The position numbers and the translations under genes were made by a program. This document shows positions 1-12,838 of a stretch of 63,325 nucleotides of DNA, piece after piece. How positions within the stretch are numbered: the first letter of the stretch is position 1; every line of letters starts with the position of its first letter. The notes under the pieces were generated by a model, which worked only from the letters and a program-made list of their open reading frames with translations, ran no database searches and was not told the origin of the DNA. This DNA is from Thermodesulfovibrionales bacterium (lineage in GTDB: Bacteria > Nitrospirota > Thermodesulfovibrionia > Thermodesulfovibrionales > SM23-35): contig CAVQRT010000035.1 of the NCBI GenBank assembly GCA_963715195.1, positions 1 through 63,325 of the forward strand, given 5' to 3'.

Positions 1-2555
1 GAAGAACTGCTATATCTCCTCGATCTTGACCCTGAGAAGGAACTCACCGCAGCCCGGGTAAGAACAGGGATCAAGAGGGCTTTTCTCAAGGGTATATTCG
101 AATACATTGGACCAGATAACGCAAGATGACGCCCCGCAGATCATCGTCCGGGTCAGAGAAAGAACTTTCATAGACGATATCTCTGTTGAAGGCTCTTCTG
201 CGTTTTCCAAAAAAACAATAAAGAAAATGTTCAGGGTCAAGAAGGGGCAGTTCCTGCACTGCAACCTGCTGCAGAAGGCAGAGGAAGACCTGAGAACACA
301 GCTTGCGGTGCATGGATATCAAAAGGCCACGGTGCGGAGCACTATTGAACACCTGAAAGAGCCATACAGGATCAATCTGTTGCTTTCTGTGCATACAGGC
401 GAACCGGAAATCATCCTGGGAATAACCCTTTCAGGAGTTGACAGAGAACTCAGGGATGACATGGAGTTGTCCGAAGGGGATGTGTACGACCAGACACTCC
501 TGAAAAAAGACATTGCAGAAATAAAGAGCTCACTAAAAAAGGATGGGTATTACAGGCCTGTAATAGAATCTTACACTTTCAGGGAAGGGGTGCTGACCAT
601 CACCGTTCATCCTGGAAAGCGTTTAAAGGTTGCCCTTGAGGGGAATGACAAAGTTTCGAGGAAAGCGCTTCTCAAACAGGTCCCTTTCTTCTGACACCGA
701 AGATTTTAATGAAGATATTATCGAAGAGACTGTGCAAAGACTTCTTTCCGTATATCATGCAGAGGGATATCCCTTTGCACAGATAGCCCCGGTCGCCACA
801 GAAGAGGACGAAAACTGGATTCATCTCACCTTTTTTGTCTTTGAGGGACCCCCGGTCTGGGTCGGACGATCTCCCTGACGGGAACAACCCTTCAGGGAAA
901 AAGCCTCAAAGAGGTCATGTCTCTCAAGGAAGGCAAAAAATACAACCCTGATTTCCTGGAAACAGATCGCTCTCTGCTCCTGGATTTCTACCATGCCCTG
1001 GGATATCTTGGCTTGGCGGTTGAAGAATTCAGGACGGATTATTCCGGAGACACACAAACAACAGATATACATATCGTCGTTCATGAAGGCCCTCAGACAA
1101 CTATCGGCCGGATTGATGTCACGGGAATGAATACTGTTCCCGAAAGGGAGAATAAGGAAAGCGCTCAGTATCCACTCAGGGGATGCGTACAACGAGGTCG
1201 ATATCTCCGACGCACGTTAGCAGGCTGATCGAGCTGTACAGTAAAAAAGGATACCCTGATTCCGATATCAGCCTTACACGGGTGTTTGAAGGAGAGAAAA
1301 CTCACATTACGTTCACTATAGACGAGGGGCCCCGGGTACTTTCTCAAAGCCATTGTGACAGGTAATAATCTGACAAAATACAGGGTCATCAGGAGGGGAA
1401 CTCCTTCAGAGAGAAGGGAATCCATATAATTACAGCCTTGTCACAAAACAGAAGCAGCGGCTCTACAAGCTGGGGATATTCAGCGATGTCGATTCGGAAA
1501 TCATCGACCGCGGCAACCAGATACGGGACGTACTCATTCAGATACGCGAAGGAAACGCAGGGGCAGTTGAATTCGGGGTGGGATACGGCGACTACGAGAG
1601 GCTCAGGGGTTCTTTGACATAGGGTACCGGAATCTGTGGGGATTGAACAGGCAGGCCTCTCTCAGGTTCGAAATGAGCACGCTTGAAAAACGAGGCATCC
1701 TCCAATACTATGAGCCCTGGTTTCTTGACATGAATCTTCCGTTCAGGGCCTTTCTGCTTGGTGAAGATAAAAGGGTCATCAATATCGATTCCCGGGATAC
1801 CCGGTACGAACTCGAGCGTTATACTGCAACTGCCGGCATAGAAAAAAAGTTTGCAAATAACATAAAAGCTGAATTTTATTATGAGCTTTCGCATGTGGAT
1901 ACCTACAATGTCCAACCAGATGTTGTCCTGAGCAAAGAAGACACGGGAATCTCGCTCATTAGCGGGATTCGTCCTGGTCTCATCTATGACTCCAGGGACA
2001 ACCCTTTTTATCCGACGAAGGGAATACTGACAGGCCTGTCGCTGAAAGTGACCACTCCTCTCCTCTTCTCGGAAACCGACTTTATGAAACTGACATTCTA
2101 TTACAATATGTACCATGCCCTTTCGAAGCGAATTGTGCTCGCTACCTCGTTCAGGGGGGGCTCGCAAAAGGCTACAATGATACCACCGATCTGCCGCTCG
2201 TGGAAAGGTTCTTCCTCGGCGGAAGGTCAACTGTCAGGGGCTATGAACAGGACACGCTCGGCCCTAAGGGATCAGACGGGGATCCCACAGGGGGGAACTC
2301 CTTCCTCATGGAAAATTTTGAAATAAGGACATATCTGGGGAGAGGTATCGGCCTTGTTGCCTTCCTCGACGGAGGAAACGTATGGACAGATGTAGAAAGC
2401 ATAAAGCTGCGTGACTTCAAGTTCATGGCACCGGGATGGGCCTCCGTTACAACACACCGGTCGGACCAATCCGAATTGATTACGGTTACAAGCTCGATAA
2501 AGAGAAAGGGGAAAGCAGCGGTGAAGTGCACTTCAGCATCGGCCATGCATTCTGA
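1..2555 (+). CDS. bamA: Omp85-family outer membrane protein assembly factor (BamA/TamA-like), 5'-truncated by window, several apparent sequencing frameshifts
   Basis: POTRA-like repeats (…EGP…I..I…G) across ORF pieces 107-694, 630-878, 917-1228, 1643-2326, 2200-2571; barrel motifs ERFFLGGRSTVRGY and C-terminal GEVHFSIGHAF with TGA at 2553-2555. Confidence 0.8.
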
Positions 2556-2567
2556 GGGAGGAACATT

Positions 2568-3122
2568 ATGACACGCAAAAGAGGCTCAGCCGCTGTGCTG
2601 GTGTTTTCCTGCACTGTGGCGTTCCTTCTTTTCTTCATGTCTGTACAATCTTCTCCGCTTCTCGGACAGATAAAAGACCGTGTTGTTGCATACGTCGACA
2701 ATACCGCAATTATGCTCAGCGAGCTCGAGATCCAGTATGCTGATACCCTGAGGACCATCCCTAATGTGACAAGGGAGGAGGTTCTGGAAACGATGATCAG
2801 CAGGACCATTCTCCTGAGGGAAGCCAGAAAATTGAAGCTTGAAGCGCCCTCTGAAGAAGAACTGCTGAGCGAATACATTGACCTGAAAATCAGGGCGTTC
2901 ATTCGTCTTCAGGACGAAGAACTGAAGGACTTTTATACGCAGAATGCGGAAGAATTTCAAGGCAGGGAATTTGAGGAAGTGAGGGAGGAAATTGACCAGT
3001 ATCTGATCGAGAAAAAACTGAATGAGCAATTAAAGACTCATCTCAAAAAGTTCCGGGACGAGTCCTGCGTGCAGATTCAGCTTCATGAAACAGACACGGC
3101 ACCCGAAGGGGACCTGCCATAA
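2568..3122 (+). CDS. SurA N-terminal-domain-like periplasmic chaperone
   Basis: Signal peptide followed by DRVVAYVDNTAIMLSEL, typical of the SurA N-terminus; directly downstream of the Omp85 gene. Confidence 0.65.
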   Translation: MTRKRGSAAVLVFSCTVAFLLFFMSVQSSPLLGQIKDRVVAYVDNTAIMLSELEIQYADTLRTIPNVTREEVLETMISRTILLREARKLKLEAPSEEELLSEYIDLKIRAFIRLQDEELKDFYTQNAEEFQGREFEEVREEIDQYLIEKKLNEQLKTHLKKFRDESCVQIQLHETDTAPEGDLP

Positions 3123-3334
3123 AGTGTAGTTGCCACCACTTGACCTGGCAGACAATGTCAGGCCGGGGGTGGAGTCCTTCATCCTACCACACTCTGAATA
3201 TTTTTCAGTAAGTGCAGAGCAGAACTGGAAATCCGCAATATTATAATAGAATAATGTTTGTGCACTATTTTATGTTCCTAAATTGATGCTCTTGGCTATT
3301 TTATAAATATTCAATACAATATCAAGTATGAGTC

Positions 3335-4330
3335 ATGAATGAAAGTGAAATAAGACAAAACAAAGCTACTAAGCAATGGGTTATATATGCCCCTTATAGG
3401 GGAAAACGTCCCAGAGATTTTTCTACTAGAAAACGAAGGAAAAGATTACCTGTTTTTGATAAGGATTGCCCTTTCTGTCCTGGTAATGAAAACAAGCTAC
3501 CTCGAATTATTATGGAGACACATGGCAAGAATCAATACAATTGGCAGACACGGGTAGTTCCAAATAAGTACCCTTCCTTAATGCCACATGGTGATACAAG
3601 TCGATTCACTCACGGTATCTATGTAACCATGAAAGGATATGGACGTCACGAGGTTATCATTGAGAGCCCCTTTCATAATCAACATATAAATGAAATGTCA
3701 AATGATGATATACATATGATTATTGAAACCTATCATAAGCGCTATGTGGATCTCATGAAAGAGCATGACAACATGATGACTATTATCTTTCGAAATCATG
3801 GCATTCTTGCTGGCACTTCATTACTACATCCACATAGTCAAATAATTGTTACGGAAATAGTTCCAATACACATTCGATGGAGAGAAGAAGTGGCTCAGCG
3901 ATTTTATGACGAATGGGGTCGGTGTGTTTATTGCGATATATTAGAGTTTGAGATGAAGAATCGACAAAGAATAATTATGGAAAATGAATCTTTCTTGGCA
4001 TTTATTCCATTCGCAGCTGAAGTTCCTTTTGAATTATGGATTCTGCCCAAAAAACATAATGCAGATTTCGGTTCTATATCAGATAAGGAAAAAGAAGATT
4101 TTTCAATCATTCTTAGAGAAACTTTAGGAAGGTTATATGGAAAACTGAATGACCCTGACTACAACTATATCATTAATACTTCATCCAAGTATAGATCTGA
4201 TGAGCCACAACTACATTGGTATCTCCAAATTAGACCCCGGCTTATAACTCAAGCTGGGTTTGAATTTGGCTCTGGTATAAGTATAAATCCTTCCATGCCT
4301 GAAGAGGATGCTATTTTCTTAAACAAGTGA
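3335..4330 (+). CDS. galT: Galactose-1-phosphate uridylyltransferase
   Basis: R..RP, CPFCPGNE, VVPNKYP, HEVIIESP and catalytic HPHSQ motifs. Confidence 0.93.
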   Translation: MNESEIRQNKATKQWVIYAPYRGKRPRDFSTRKRRKRLPVFDKDCPFCPGNENKLPRIIMETHGKNQYNWQTRVVPNKYPSLMPHGDTSRFTHGIYVTMKGYGRHEVIIESPFHNQHINEMSNDDIHMIIETYHKRYVDLMKEHDNMMTIIFRNHGILAGTSLLHPHSQIIVTEIVPIHIRWREEVAQRFYDEWGRCVYCDILEFEMKNRQRIIMENESFLAFIPFAAEVPFELWILPKKHNADFGSISDKEKEDFSIILRETLGRLYGKLNDPDYNYIINTSSKYRSDEPQLHWYLQIRPRLITQAGFEFGSGISINPSMPEEDAIFLNK

Positions 4331-4403
4331 CCAAGTATGGTAGATAAGAAAGTATAATTGAGCAATATATTATCTTATTAAACATTTTTCAGCCGCACTA
4401 GAA

Positions 4404-7068
4404 CTAACGACTTCGCTTTCTCCTTCTTATCCATTTATCCATCTCAACTACAAGTATGACTGTAGTGGAGACCATAAATATTTGCACCCACTCGTTTATT
4501 GTAATCGGTACCGTCCTGAAGACCCACTGGAATGCCGGAACATAAATTACCGACAGTTGGGCAAGGAATGCAGCAATCATACTGATAAAAAGCAATGGAT
4601 TGCTTATTGGACTCATTCTGAAAACGGATCGTGTCTCTGAACGACAGTTGAACGCCTGATAGAATTGGAAAAAGACCATTGTTGTGAGGGCAATTGTACG
4701 AGCCCTTTCAAGAGGTACCCCTGCGTTAAGGTTTGAGATAAATAAAAACAGTGTTCCGACAGCCAGCGTTATTCCCATTAATAATGTTCTCTGGATCATA
4801 AGGCTTGATAAAATGCCTTCCTTTGGATTCCTTGGAGGTCTGTTTAATAGACCTTTTTCTGCTGGCTCAAAGGCAAGAGCAACATCCTGCAGTCCATTCG
4901 TTACGAGATTAAGCCAGAGAATCTGTGCAGGGATATATGGAATAGGGTATCCCGTGACTATTGTTCCGATGATAGCAATCAGTTCTCCAAAACCACATGA
5001 TATAAGGAAAAGGGTAACCTTCTTTATGTTGTCATATACAACTCTTCCCTCTTCAACTGCAGCAAAAATAGTGGCAAAGTTATCATCTGCAAGAACCATA
5101 TCTGATGCTTCTTTTGCAACATCGGTTCCCGACTTCCCCATAGCTATTCCTATATGTGCTGCCCTGAGTGCCGGTGCATCATTTACTCCATCACCCGTCA
5201 CGGCAACGACCTCTCCGTATCTCATCAGCTGCTCAACTATCCTGAGTTTATGCTTGGGTGAAACCCTTGCAAAGACAGAAATGTCTTTGACCTTATTGAA
5301 GAGTTCATCATCACTCATTGCTTCTATCTCTTTGCCAGTCATAACTCCGGATTCCTCACTTGATATTCCGAGCATCTTTGCTATTGCTGAGGCTGTAGCA
5401 GCATGGTCTCCCGTGATCATCACAACCTTAATCCCAGATTTTTTACAGCCTTTCACTGCATCCATAACATCCGTTCTTGGTGGGTCAATCATTCCCTCTA
5501 AGCCAACGTATATAAGATTTTCCTCAACATCATGGTGGGTTATCTCATCGATATCATGAGGTGCTTCCTTATAAGCCATGGCAAGTACCCTCATGCCTTC
5601 TCTGGCAAAAAGGTTGGCTTTATTCAGTATTTCTTTTTATCTCGATCCTATCCTTTACTGCAGATTCAGTACACATATCGAGTATTTTTTCTGGAGCACC
5701 TTTCACAAAAATAAACTTTTTTCCGTCGTGTCTGTGAAGGGTTGCCATATATCCATGCTCAGACTCAAATGGTATTATTGCTGTTTGAGGATAGTGTCTC
5801 GTTTCATCTATAAGGTTAAGACCTGCTTTCATTGCAGAAATTATTAATGCCCCTTCTGTGGGATCACCATCTACCTTAAACTCACCTTCCTCCTCATACA
5901 CATTGGATTCATTGCAGAGCATCCCTATCCTAAAGACCATGAGCAGGTTCGCAGATGCCTTGATATCGACTGGTTCCAGTTCATAGAGGATTTCCCCTTT
6001 TGGTTCATAACCGATTCCGCTTATTCTGTATGCCTTTTCCCCATCGTACACTACTCTTACGGTCATCTCGTTTTTTGTGAGGGTACCTGTTTTATCTGAC
6101 CCTATAACAGTTGTGCTTCCGAGAGTCTCAACCGCAGGCAATTTCCTTATGACGGCATTTCGCCTTGCCATCCTCGCAACACCAATAGCCATCACTATCG
6201 TTACAGCGACCGGAAGCCCTTCAGGAATTGCTGATACTGCTGTGGCCACGGCAATCATAAACATCTCGGAAGCCTTTTCTCCCAACAATACTCCTAATCC
6301 AAAGACCAAGGCAGAAAAGGCTATTACGAGAATTCCTATTAACTTCGCAAACCGCATAAGTTTATACTGAAGGGGGGTCTTTACCACTGTTACTTCCCTG
6401 ACTTCGGTGGCAATCTGTCCGAGGACCGTGCTATGTCCTGTCTCAACAACAACGCCTTTCGCTCTGCCGCTTACGACAATTGTTCCCATAAAGGCCATAT
6501 TTTTCTGATCGCCGGGTGTCAGGTTTGCTTCTTTGATCGGGGGAGTCACTTTTTCAGCAGGCAGGGACTCTCCGGTCAGCATTGCCTCTTCAACCCTCAG
6601 TTCAATTGTTTTAAACAGTCTGAGATCTGCAGGCACCCTCGCTCCTGATGCCAACAGGACAATATCTCCGGGCACAAGCTCTTCACTGTTAATTTCTTTC
6701 TCCCTTCCTTCCCGCAGAACCTTAGCCTTTGGAACTACCATTTTTTTGAGGGCCCTGACACTCTCTTCTGCCTTGTACTCCTGTATATATCCGATAATTG
6801 CATTCAGTATTACAACAGCAAAGATTACACCCGAGTCTATATACTCATTTAGAAATATTGTCACCATACCGGCGATGAGCAGGATATAAATAAGTGGACT
6901 GGTAAATTGGTGAAGGAGTATTTTGAGTTTACTTATCTTCTCTTCATCAATGAATTTGTTGGGTCCGAACTGCAGGAGACGATCTTTGATCTCTGAATCG
7001 GATAGTCCACTCTCTGAGGAACTAAGCTTTTCGAATGTTTCCTTAATTGTTAATTGGTACCAGTTCAT
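4404..7068 (-). CDS. Cation-transporting P-type ATPase (type II, Ca2+-like), copy 1; one frameshift near 5600-5640
   Basis: TGES, PEGL, DKTGTLT, KGAPE, DPPR and GDGVNDAPAL motifs over ORFs 5620-7068 and 4404-5594. Confidence 0.93.
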
Positions 7069-7151
7069 TCTTCACCTTTCATGGTAACTCTTAATAAAAT
7101 AAGGGGCAAACACATTCACTGTAATCCAGTGAGTCAACGAGAGGATACAGA

Positions 7152-7608
7152 TCAGAAGAACGTTACAATGCGATCAAATGATTTTCTCAAACGATCTGAT
7201 ACTGTACGGAGCATCCCCTTCAGGAGTTTTGCTCCCAATAAGGGATTTGTGGCAATCAGTCTATCAAGGCTTTCCTGAGTAATAATCGCGAGGGAGACAT
7301 CTTCAAGTGCTACCGCTGTAACTTTCCTGATACTGTCATCAAGAATGCATAATGCCCCCTTGCTGTATATGCCCATAACCACATTCATGTCCCCGAATGC
7401 CGCTTCTTTCTTTATTTCCACCTTTCCTGAAGCAATAAATGCGATATAATCGAAAGGGTCCTCTTTTTTCCAGAGAGTCTCACCTGCAGGGATATGCTTG
7501 CTTTCAAAAAAAGCAATTAGATTTGTGAGATCTTCTTCACTCAGAAAATTGAATACGCTCTTCTTCCCTTTCATAGAAGTATGGAGGTCTTTCAATATAT
7601 CGATTCAT
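7152..7608 (-). CDS. Cyclic-nucleotide-binding (cNMP) domain protein
   Basis: F..LSEEDL…GETLW…GKVEI…R..TA.ALED pattern; likely ATG at 7608 overlapping the upstream stop, with a frameshift shortly after. Confidence 0.7.
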
Positions 7609-7995
7609 ACTGCAATCCACTCTCCTTCTTTCCATTTCTTCTTCCGTTTTTCAAGCATGATAAAAGCAAGCCATAGTTTTTCCATGCTATCAAATTTATC
7701 GAAAGTATGATGCCTTGTCGCCCATCAAAACATTACTGAATGCTATGGCTAAATCCCAGGGCGTTGCATATTTTTCGATTACCATCTCCTGAAGCTGGTC
7801 TTGTCTTGGAAGCCAGACAGCCTTTATTGTTTTTAAGTAAGACCGCTTCTTCTCAAGATCACTTGTAATTGGCTGACATGGTGAAGTCAGGCCTAATGAC
7901 ATCGAGACAAAAAAGTCTCCAAGCTCAGGTTTCCACTGCTTTTGTATCACTTTTGCACTTTCACACATCTTGATATAGGGAGTTGATTTATCCAT
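7605..7995 (-). CDS. Hypothetical protein (WLPRQDQLQEM / SMEKLWLAF type), frameshift near 7700
   Basis: ORF 7696-7995 continues in another frame as FDKFDSMEKLWLAFIMLEKRKKKWKEGEWIAV to TGA at 7605-7607; RBS AGGAGG upstream. Confidence 0.6.
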
Positions 7996-8099
7996 AAAAC
8001 CTCCTGATTGTTAACTCAGTTACACGAGAATCCTTCAGCCCACGTCCATCCCTTCGAAACCATGTGACCTATTACTGTTCAAATGTGCCTTTGCTCGGT

Positions 8100-8317
8100 T
8101 CATAGAATTTTATTTATTCTTGGACAACTTCATCCTAAAGAGAGATACTGCACTTACTCCAATAACCGCACCTGCCACCGCAGTGAGAAATAAAACGAGT
8201 GCAAGGGAAGCCTCGAATTTCCATAAGAAAAAAGAAATTACAACAGGTACTCGCATTCTGTACCGAAAAGATCGTCACCACTGCAATGATGATGACCATG
8301 ATTATGAATGTGATCAT
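8100..8317 (-). CDS. LapA (DUF1049)-like small membrane protein, one frameshift
   Basis: MITFII…IFSVQNA..V.ISFFLWKFEASLALVLFLTAVAGAVIG pattern. Confidence 0.6.
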
Positions 8318-8447
8318 ATGAACCCCTTTGTTTTTTGTAAAATAATTTGCACTTCCCTCTTGAACACTTCGAAACCAGGGAATTCGATTACTGTTTGAGT
8401 GGAAACCGAGTCGGCAATATACCGACCCGGTCAACTAAGGGTTACCA

Positions 8448-9062
8448 TTACATTATCTGAAAGCTCACTTCTTTTGAGTCGCTCGCATAAGAACTTTGCA
8501 CTGTCGTGATAACGTTATATTTCCCCTTTTTAGCATCATATGGCAACGTTATGGGTATACTGGTAGAATATGTTCCATCTGCACGCGACACATTTATCTG
8601 AGGCTTCCCATAAATCTCACCCCCGTATCTTATTTCCCGTATCTCTGTAATCTCTGCTTCGTTACCGGAGCCGACACCAAGCAGCGCATAGGTCATTGTC
8701 ATTTCGATGGTATCTCCCGGTCTGGCTGTTGCAGGGACAACAGAAACATCTTCAATGCGCAGCAACTTTCCCTGGGAAGAGTTATAGTTATATTGTTGTG
8801 CAGTCTCATCTTTTGTTCTTTTTTGGTCATATGCGTAATGCCCGATTAAGCCTCCGGCAAGGGCTCCTGCAAGACCTCCCAGTATTGCCATCTCTGTCTT
8901 TGCCCCTTTTGATCCCAAGAGCGCACCGGCTGCTGCGCCGGTTGCTGCGCCGATTCCGGCTCCTGTTGTTGCACCCTTATGCTCTTCTCCAAAAGTTGCA
9001 CATCCTAACACTCCCGCGAAAAACGTAAGAATTACGATGATGGAAATAATTTTTCGATACAT
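8448..9062 (-). CDS. Glycine-zipper lipoprotein
   Basis: Lipobox VLGC; GAGIGAATGAAAGALLG glycine zipper; RBS AGGAGG. Confidence 0.75.
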   Translation of the reverse strand: MYRKIISIIVILTFFAGVLGCATFGEEHKGATTGAGIGAATGAAAGALLGSKGAKTEMAILGGLAGALAGGLIGHYAYDQKRTKDETAQQYNYNSSQGKLLRIEDVSVVPATARPGDTIEMTMTYALLGVGSGNEAEITEIREIRYGGEIYGKPQINVSRADGTYSTSIPITLPYDAKKGKYNVITTVQSSYASDSKEVSFQIM

Positions 9063-9128
9063 GTTCTTATCCTCCTTTTAAGTATTTAATGGAACGTTGC
9101 TTTGTGGCTTCTCTTCCTTTGATCCCTT

Positions 9129-9344
9129 TCAATTTTCAGTAGATTCCTTCACTTTTTCTCCCGCTTCCTCAATTTTGTCACCTGCTTTCTCAGCTGACTC
9201 TTTTATCGTTTCGCCGGCTTTTTCTACGGTCTCGTCTATTTTCTTTCCTGCACGCTCGGCAGGACCTTCTTTTTTACAGGCGGTGAAAGAAACGATAATC
9301 ATGCTGCTGAAAACAACTAAAATAATTTTCTTTAAAATTGACAT
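9129..9344 (-). CDS. Small lipoprotein with KAGEKI repeats
   Basis: Lipobox FTAC followed by KKEGPAERAGKKIDETVEKAG repeats; RBS AGGAGG. Confidence 0.7.
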   Translation of the reverse strand: MSILKKIILVVFSSMIIVSFTACKKEGPAERAGKKIDETVEKAGETIKESAEKAGDKIEEAGEKVKESTEN

Positions 9345-9575
9345 CCCTAACCTCCTTGACATCTGTAAGCCAAAGTACCAAAAATTACCTTAATCAAATG
9401 ATTCAGGTTAAATTTATTTAAGCCCCTATTGGTATGTAGCCGTTAATCACTCAGAGGCCACACCAATAACAACCAAAACAATTACTCATTGAATGAGAGG
9501 CACAGATTATCTCCTTTCATGTTTATCATGGTTATTCAAGCCCGGCTTCAAGATATTTCTGAAGTGTGTACTGTG

Positions 9576-11082
9576 TCAGTGTCTACCCCCGGAAAGATTT
9601 TTTTCGAAGACCTTGCGGAAATGAAACCCATAAATAGAGAGGGTAACGGCCTGAGGAAGAAGGCGGGGACGGCTGATCAGAGTCCAGAGCAGCAGTCCCC
9701 AATAGTAGAATCGCTCTTTCCCGATTAACCCAAGAACGACAATTGACCTGAAGAACGCTCCGAAATAGTGCGGCCGGAACCGAAAGGCCTTCTTCTTTTT
9801 ACTGGGAGGGGATATACTCCCTAAGAAATGTTCTGAGCCTTTCATAGTAGTGCCTTGGTGAATACAGTGTGCTGAGGACCCTTCTTGTAGCCGCTTATCA
9901 GCAGGTTATAGTCCATCTTGGGGATAAAGTTTGTCGCGAAATCCGTGTTGTTGCCTGAAGTCTCTTTCAGCAGCCGCTTCTCCTTCTTCAGTCTCTCGTA
10001 GAGTTGTGTACGCGGAAGGGCAGTGAGAATGCCGACCATGGCCGTGACGACGCCGCTTTTCTGGATGAACCTGATCTGGGTATCGAAAATCGTAAGGGGG
10101 TCGTTGTCAAAACCGACAATGAATCCTCCCTGCACCTCGAGGCCGGACTTCTGTATATTCCTGACACTGGCGAGGAGATCGCGGTTCTTGTTCTGGAATT
10201 TGTTGCATTCCGCCAGGCTCTGCTCATGGGGGGTCTCAATGCCGACAAAGACGACATCGAATCCTGCCCTTACCATCATCTCCATCAGGTCTTTATGGTC
10301 GGATAGTTCTATGGATGCCTGCGTATTGAAGGAGAAGGGATGCTTTCTCCATGTCCATCCAATCGATGATGGCGGGGAGGACTTCCTCCTTCAGCTTTTT
10401 CTTGTTCCCGATGAAATTGTCGTCTACGAAGAAGACCTGGCCCTTGAACCCTGTTGCGTACACACTTTCGATCTCCCTGATAATCTGGTACTTGTCTTTT
10501 GTGCGCGGCGTGCGGCCGCAGAGCAGGGTAATATCACAAAACTCGCAGTTAAAGGGACAGCCCCGGGAATACTGGATATTGATCGAGGCATAGTGCTTCA
10601 TGTTAATAAGCCCCCAGAGCGGAATGGGTGTCTTCGGTATGTCTGCCCACTGATCAGTGGTATAGAAATGACCTGCATCCCCTTTCTCGAAATCTGTTAA
10701 GGAAACGGGGCAGGGTGATTTCGGCTTCGTTCAGCACCAGATGGTCTACCTCTCCGAACGCTTCATATTCTGTCGTAAAAAGAGGACCTCCGGCGACAAT
10801 CCTGACGCCGAGCGGTTTTGCATCTCTGAATCACTTCTTTTACCGATTCTTTCTGGACAGACATCGCGCTTATAAAAACGAGGTCAGCCCACTTTATGGC
10901 CTCGTCTTCCAGGCTTTTCACGTTCATGTCGACCAGTCTTTTCTCCCAGTTTCAGGAAGCATTGCTGCAATGGTCAACAACCCGAGGGGTGGACTGCTCG
11001 CCTTTCTGTGAATGAATTTCAGGGCGTACCTGAAACTCCAGAAGGTATCCGGGAATTCAGGATAAATGAGGAGCGCTTTCAC
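9576..11082 (-). CDS. B12-binding radical SAM protein (DUF4070/HpnP-like family), several frameshifts
   Basis: N-terminal [14 protein letters not shown]…[21 protein letters not shown] (CxxxCxxC), [19 protein letters not shown]. Confidence 0.85.
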
Positions 11083-11100
11083 GGAATGCCCCTTATCCAT

Positions 11101-11415
11101 CTACTTTTTCTTTTCCACCTTCAAGTTGCTCTTGACGGATTTCACGCCTTTGATTTGCCTGATCTTTGCTACGATCCGCTCCTCAGCCTTTTTGTCATGT
11201 ATGAACCCATCGAGAACAACATTCCCCTGTGTAGAGGAAACATCGATCTTCCAATAACCGGCGTCCGGTTCCTTGATGATTATCGCATTCGCCTGCGTGG
11301 TAATGTTTGAGTCATCGATATATTCGCCTGTCGTTCTGCCCGTTATAGAGGCGCAGCCCGAAAACAAGGCCAATCCGAAAACCACTAGCACTGACAACAA
11401 AATAACCTTCTTCAT
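11101..11415 (-). CDS. BON-domain lipoprotein
   Basis: Lipobox FSGC; GEYIDDSNITT…G.V.L.G…GVKSVKSNL. Confidence 0.85.
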   Translation of the reverse strand: MKKVILLSVLVVFGLALFSGCASITGRTTGEYIDDSNITTQANAIIIKEPDAGYWKIDVSSTQGNVVLDGFIHDKKAEERIVAKIRQIKGVKSVKSNLKVEKKK

Positions 11416-11536
11416 TTCTCTCTCCTGTCTTTATATGTGCGATCATCAGATTGCAACGTTACTGTGTAAACAAACCATCTTCAGGGGAAGGAGCATAAAG
11501 TCCTTCCCCGGTGAATTTGTTCTCCCTCAGATAAAT

Positions 11537-12504
11537 CTATTCAGAGAGGATAAGAATTTCGACTCTCCTGTTTTCGGCCCTTCCTTCAGGATTATCTTTG
11601 CCATCCTGTGTATCGTTAGGGGCAATGGGCTCTTAACTCACCGTAACCCATAGCAGAAATCATTGCTTTTTCAACAGCCTCTTCTTTAATGAGGTACTGC
11701 CTTACTGCTTCCGCCCTGTCTTTCTGAAAGTTTCTGGTTGTATTCTTCGGTTCCCTTACTGTCAGTATGTCCTTCCAGTTTTATCCTTGGCGCCAGAGTA
11801 TTTCCTGACAAAGTTAATGGCCTTCTGCAATTCGGCTTTATCAGCCTCGCGTATGTTTGACTCATCAAAATCAAAGTTTACATGGATTGTCAGCCGGTCG
11901 ATGACTTTTTCTGCAGGCGGGGTGGGGCGGACGGACATATGGAGGCGGGCAGTGACTTTCACAGTAGCACTACAGGTGCTTGACCCTCCGGAACCGATAA
12001 CCTCTACAGTGTATGTTGTTGTCGAAGCAGGACTTACAGTATTCGTTCCATCACATGTCGATTCTATCTGTGCTCCGTCCAGAACAGCAGATTCCACCTT
12101 GCCCGATGTTGTCAGTTTGAGTGTTGTGGAATTACACTTTTCAATCTGTGTCGGAGACGCGTGTCAACTCGCATGTTGGAGGAGGCGGACAAAGTGCCTT
12201 CGCTTTCGCAGTTGCCTCCTTTGCCATAGCGATCGCCTCATCGGTACGGCATGACCAGTATGCATCGATAGGCCTCTTCCTTCAGTTCGTGGGCAGCCTT
12301 AAATTCCTCCGGACACTTTTTGTCCTTGCCGTCATTACGTGCATCTTCCACCGTGTTGTCCGCTTCAGGCAACTCCGGATGGTAGTACCATATGGCACTT
12401 CCTTCTTTCGGTGCATATATCCTCCCGCCGCATCCGATCAGGAAACTCAGGGAGAGTACAACAATGATGACAATAATCACTCTCTTTGCAATTATTGTGT
12501 GCAT
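11537..12504 (-). CDS. OmpA-like peptidoglycan-binding lipoprotein, several frameshifts
   Basis: Lipobox LIGC; Ig-like middle region; VNFDFDES, EGHTDSKG…YNQKLSER and C-terminal GRAKNRRVEI. Confidence 0.8.
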
Positions 12505-12613
12505 CTTTACACCTCCTTCATGATTTTTATTGCTTTTACAACATCTCCTTAACCAGAAAGCATCTTTTCTTGTTCTCACCCCTTTTGTATCCGTCCCTCC
12601 TTTATTCCGACAC

Positions 12614-12764
12614 TTACAAAGCTCTACGTCCTGAAATTACTCTGATCAGCACCGCAACGATTCGCGATGACAAGCAGGATATGAATGAATCCACCAATCG
12701 TATGACCGCTGATTATTCCCAAAAGCCAGAGCACCACAAGTATCCCAAAGATCGTCCAAAGCAT
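12614..12764 (-). CDS. lmo0937-family (DUF5670) small membrane protein, absent from the ORF track
   Basis: MLWTIFGILVVLWLLGIISGHTIGGFIHILLVIA…LIRVISGRRAL; one apparent indel. Confidence 0.8.
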
Positions 12765-12822
12765 TTATGTCCCCCTTCCCGGCAACTACAGTCCCAACTT
12801 TGTGTCATGTTATTGATTAAAA

Positions 12823-12838
12823 AGCAAAACCCGTACCA
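12823..12838 (-). promoter_or_regulatory. Sigma54 (-24/-12) promoter
   Basis: TGGTACGGGTTTTGCT = GG-N10-GC; near-consensus IHF site at 12844-12856; dyad GGGCAATTTGCC at 12894-12905. Confidence 0.7.

Noticed and set aside
3133..3172. Hairpin CCACC…CCTGGCA/TGTCAGG…GGTGG at the island's left edge
   Set aside because: Single imperfect copy right after a stop codon; probably a terminator-like stem, no family recognised
3743..3838. CTATGTG/CACATAG heptamers inside galT (also in menA and at 46408)
   Set aside because: They lie in coding sequence and lack the GTGY half of the motif; treated as chance matches
4684..5559. Long antisense ORFs (e.g. 4684-5559, 26895-27527, 43550-44263, 51084-51725)
   Set aside because: Shadows of well-supported genes on the opposite strand, with no motifs of their own
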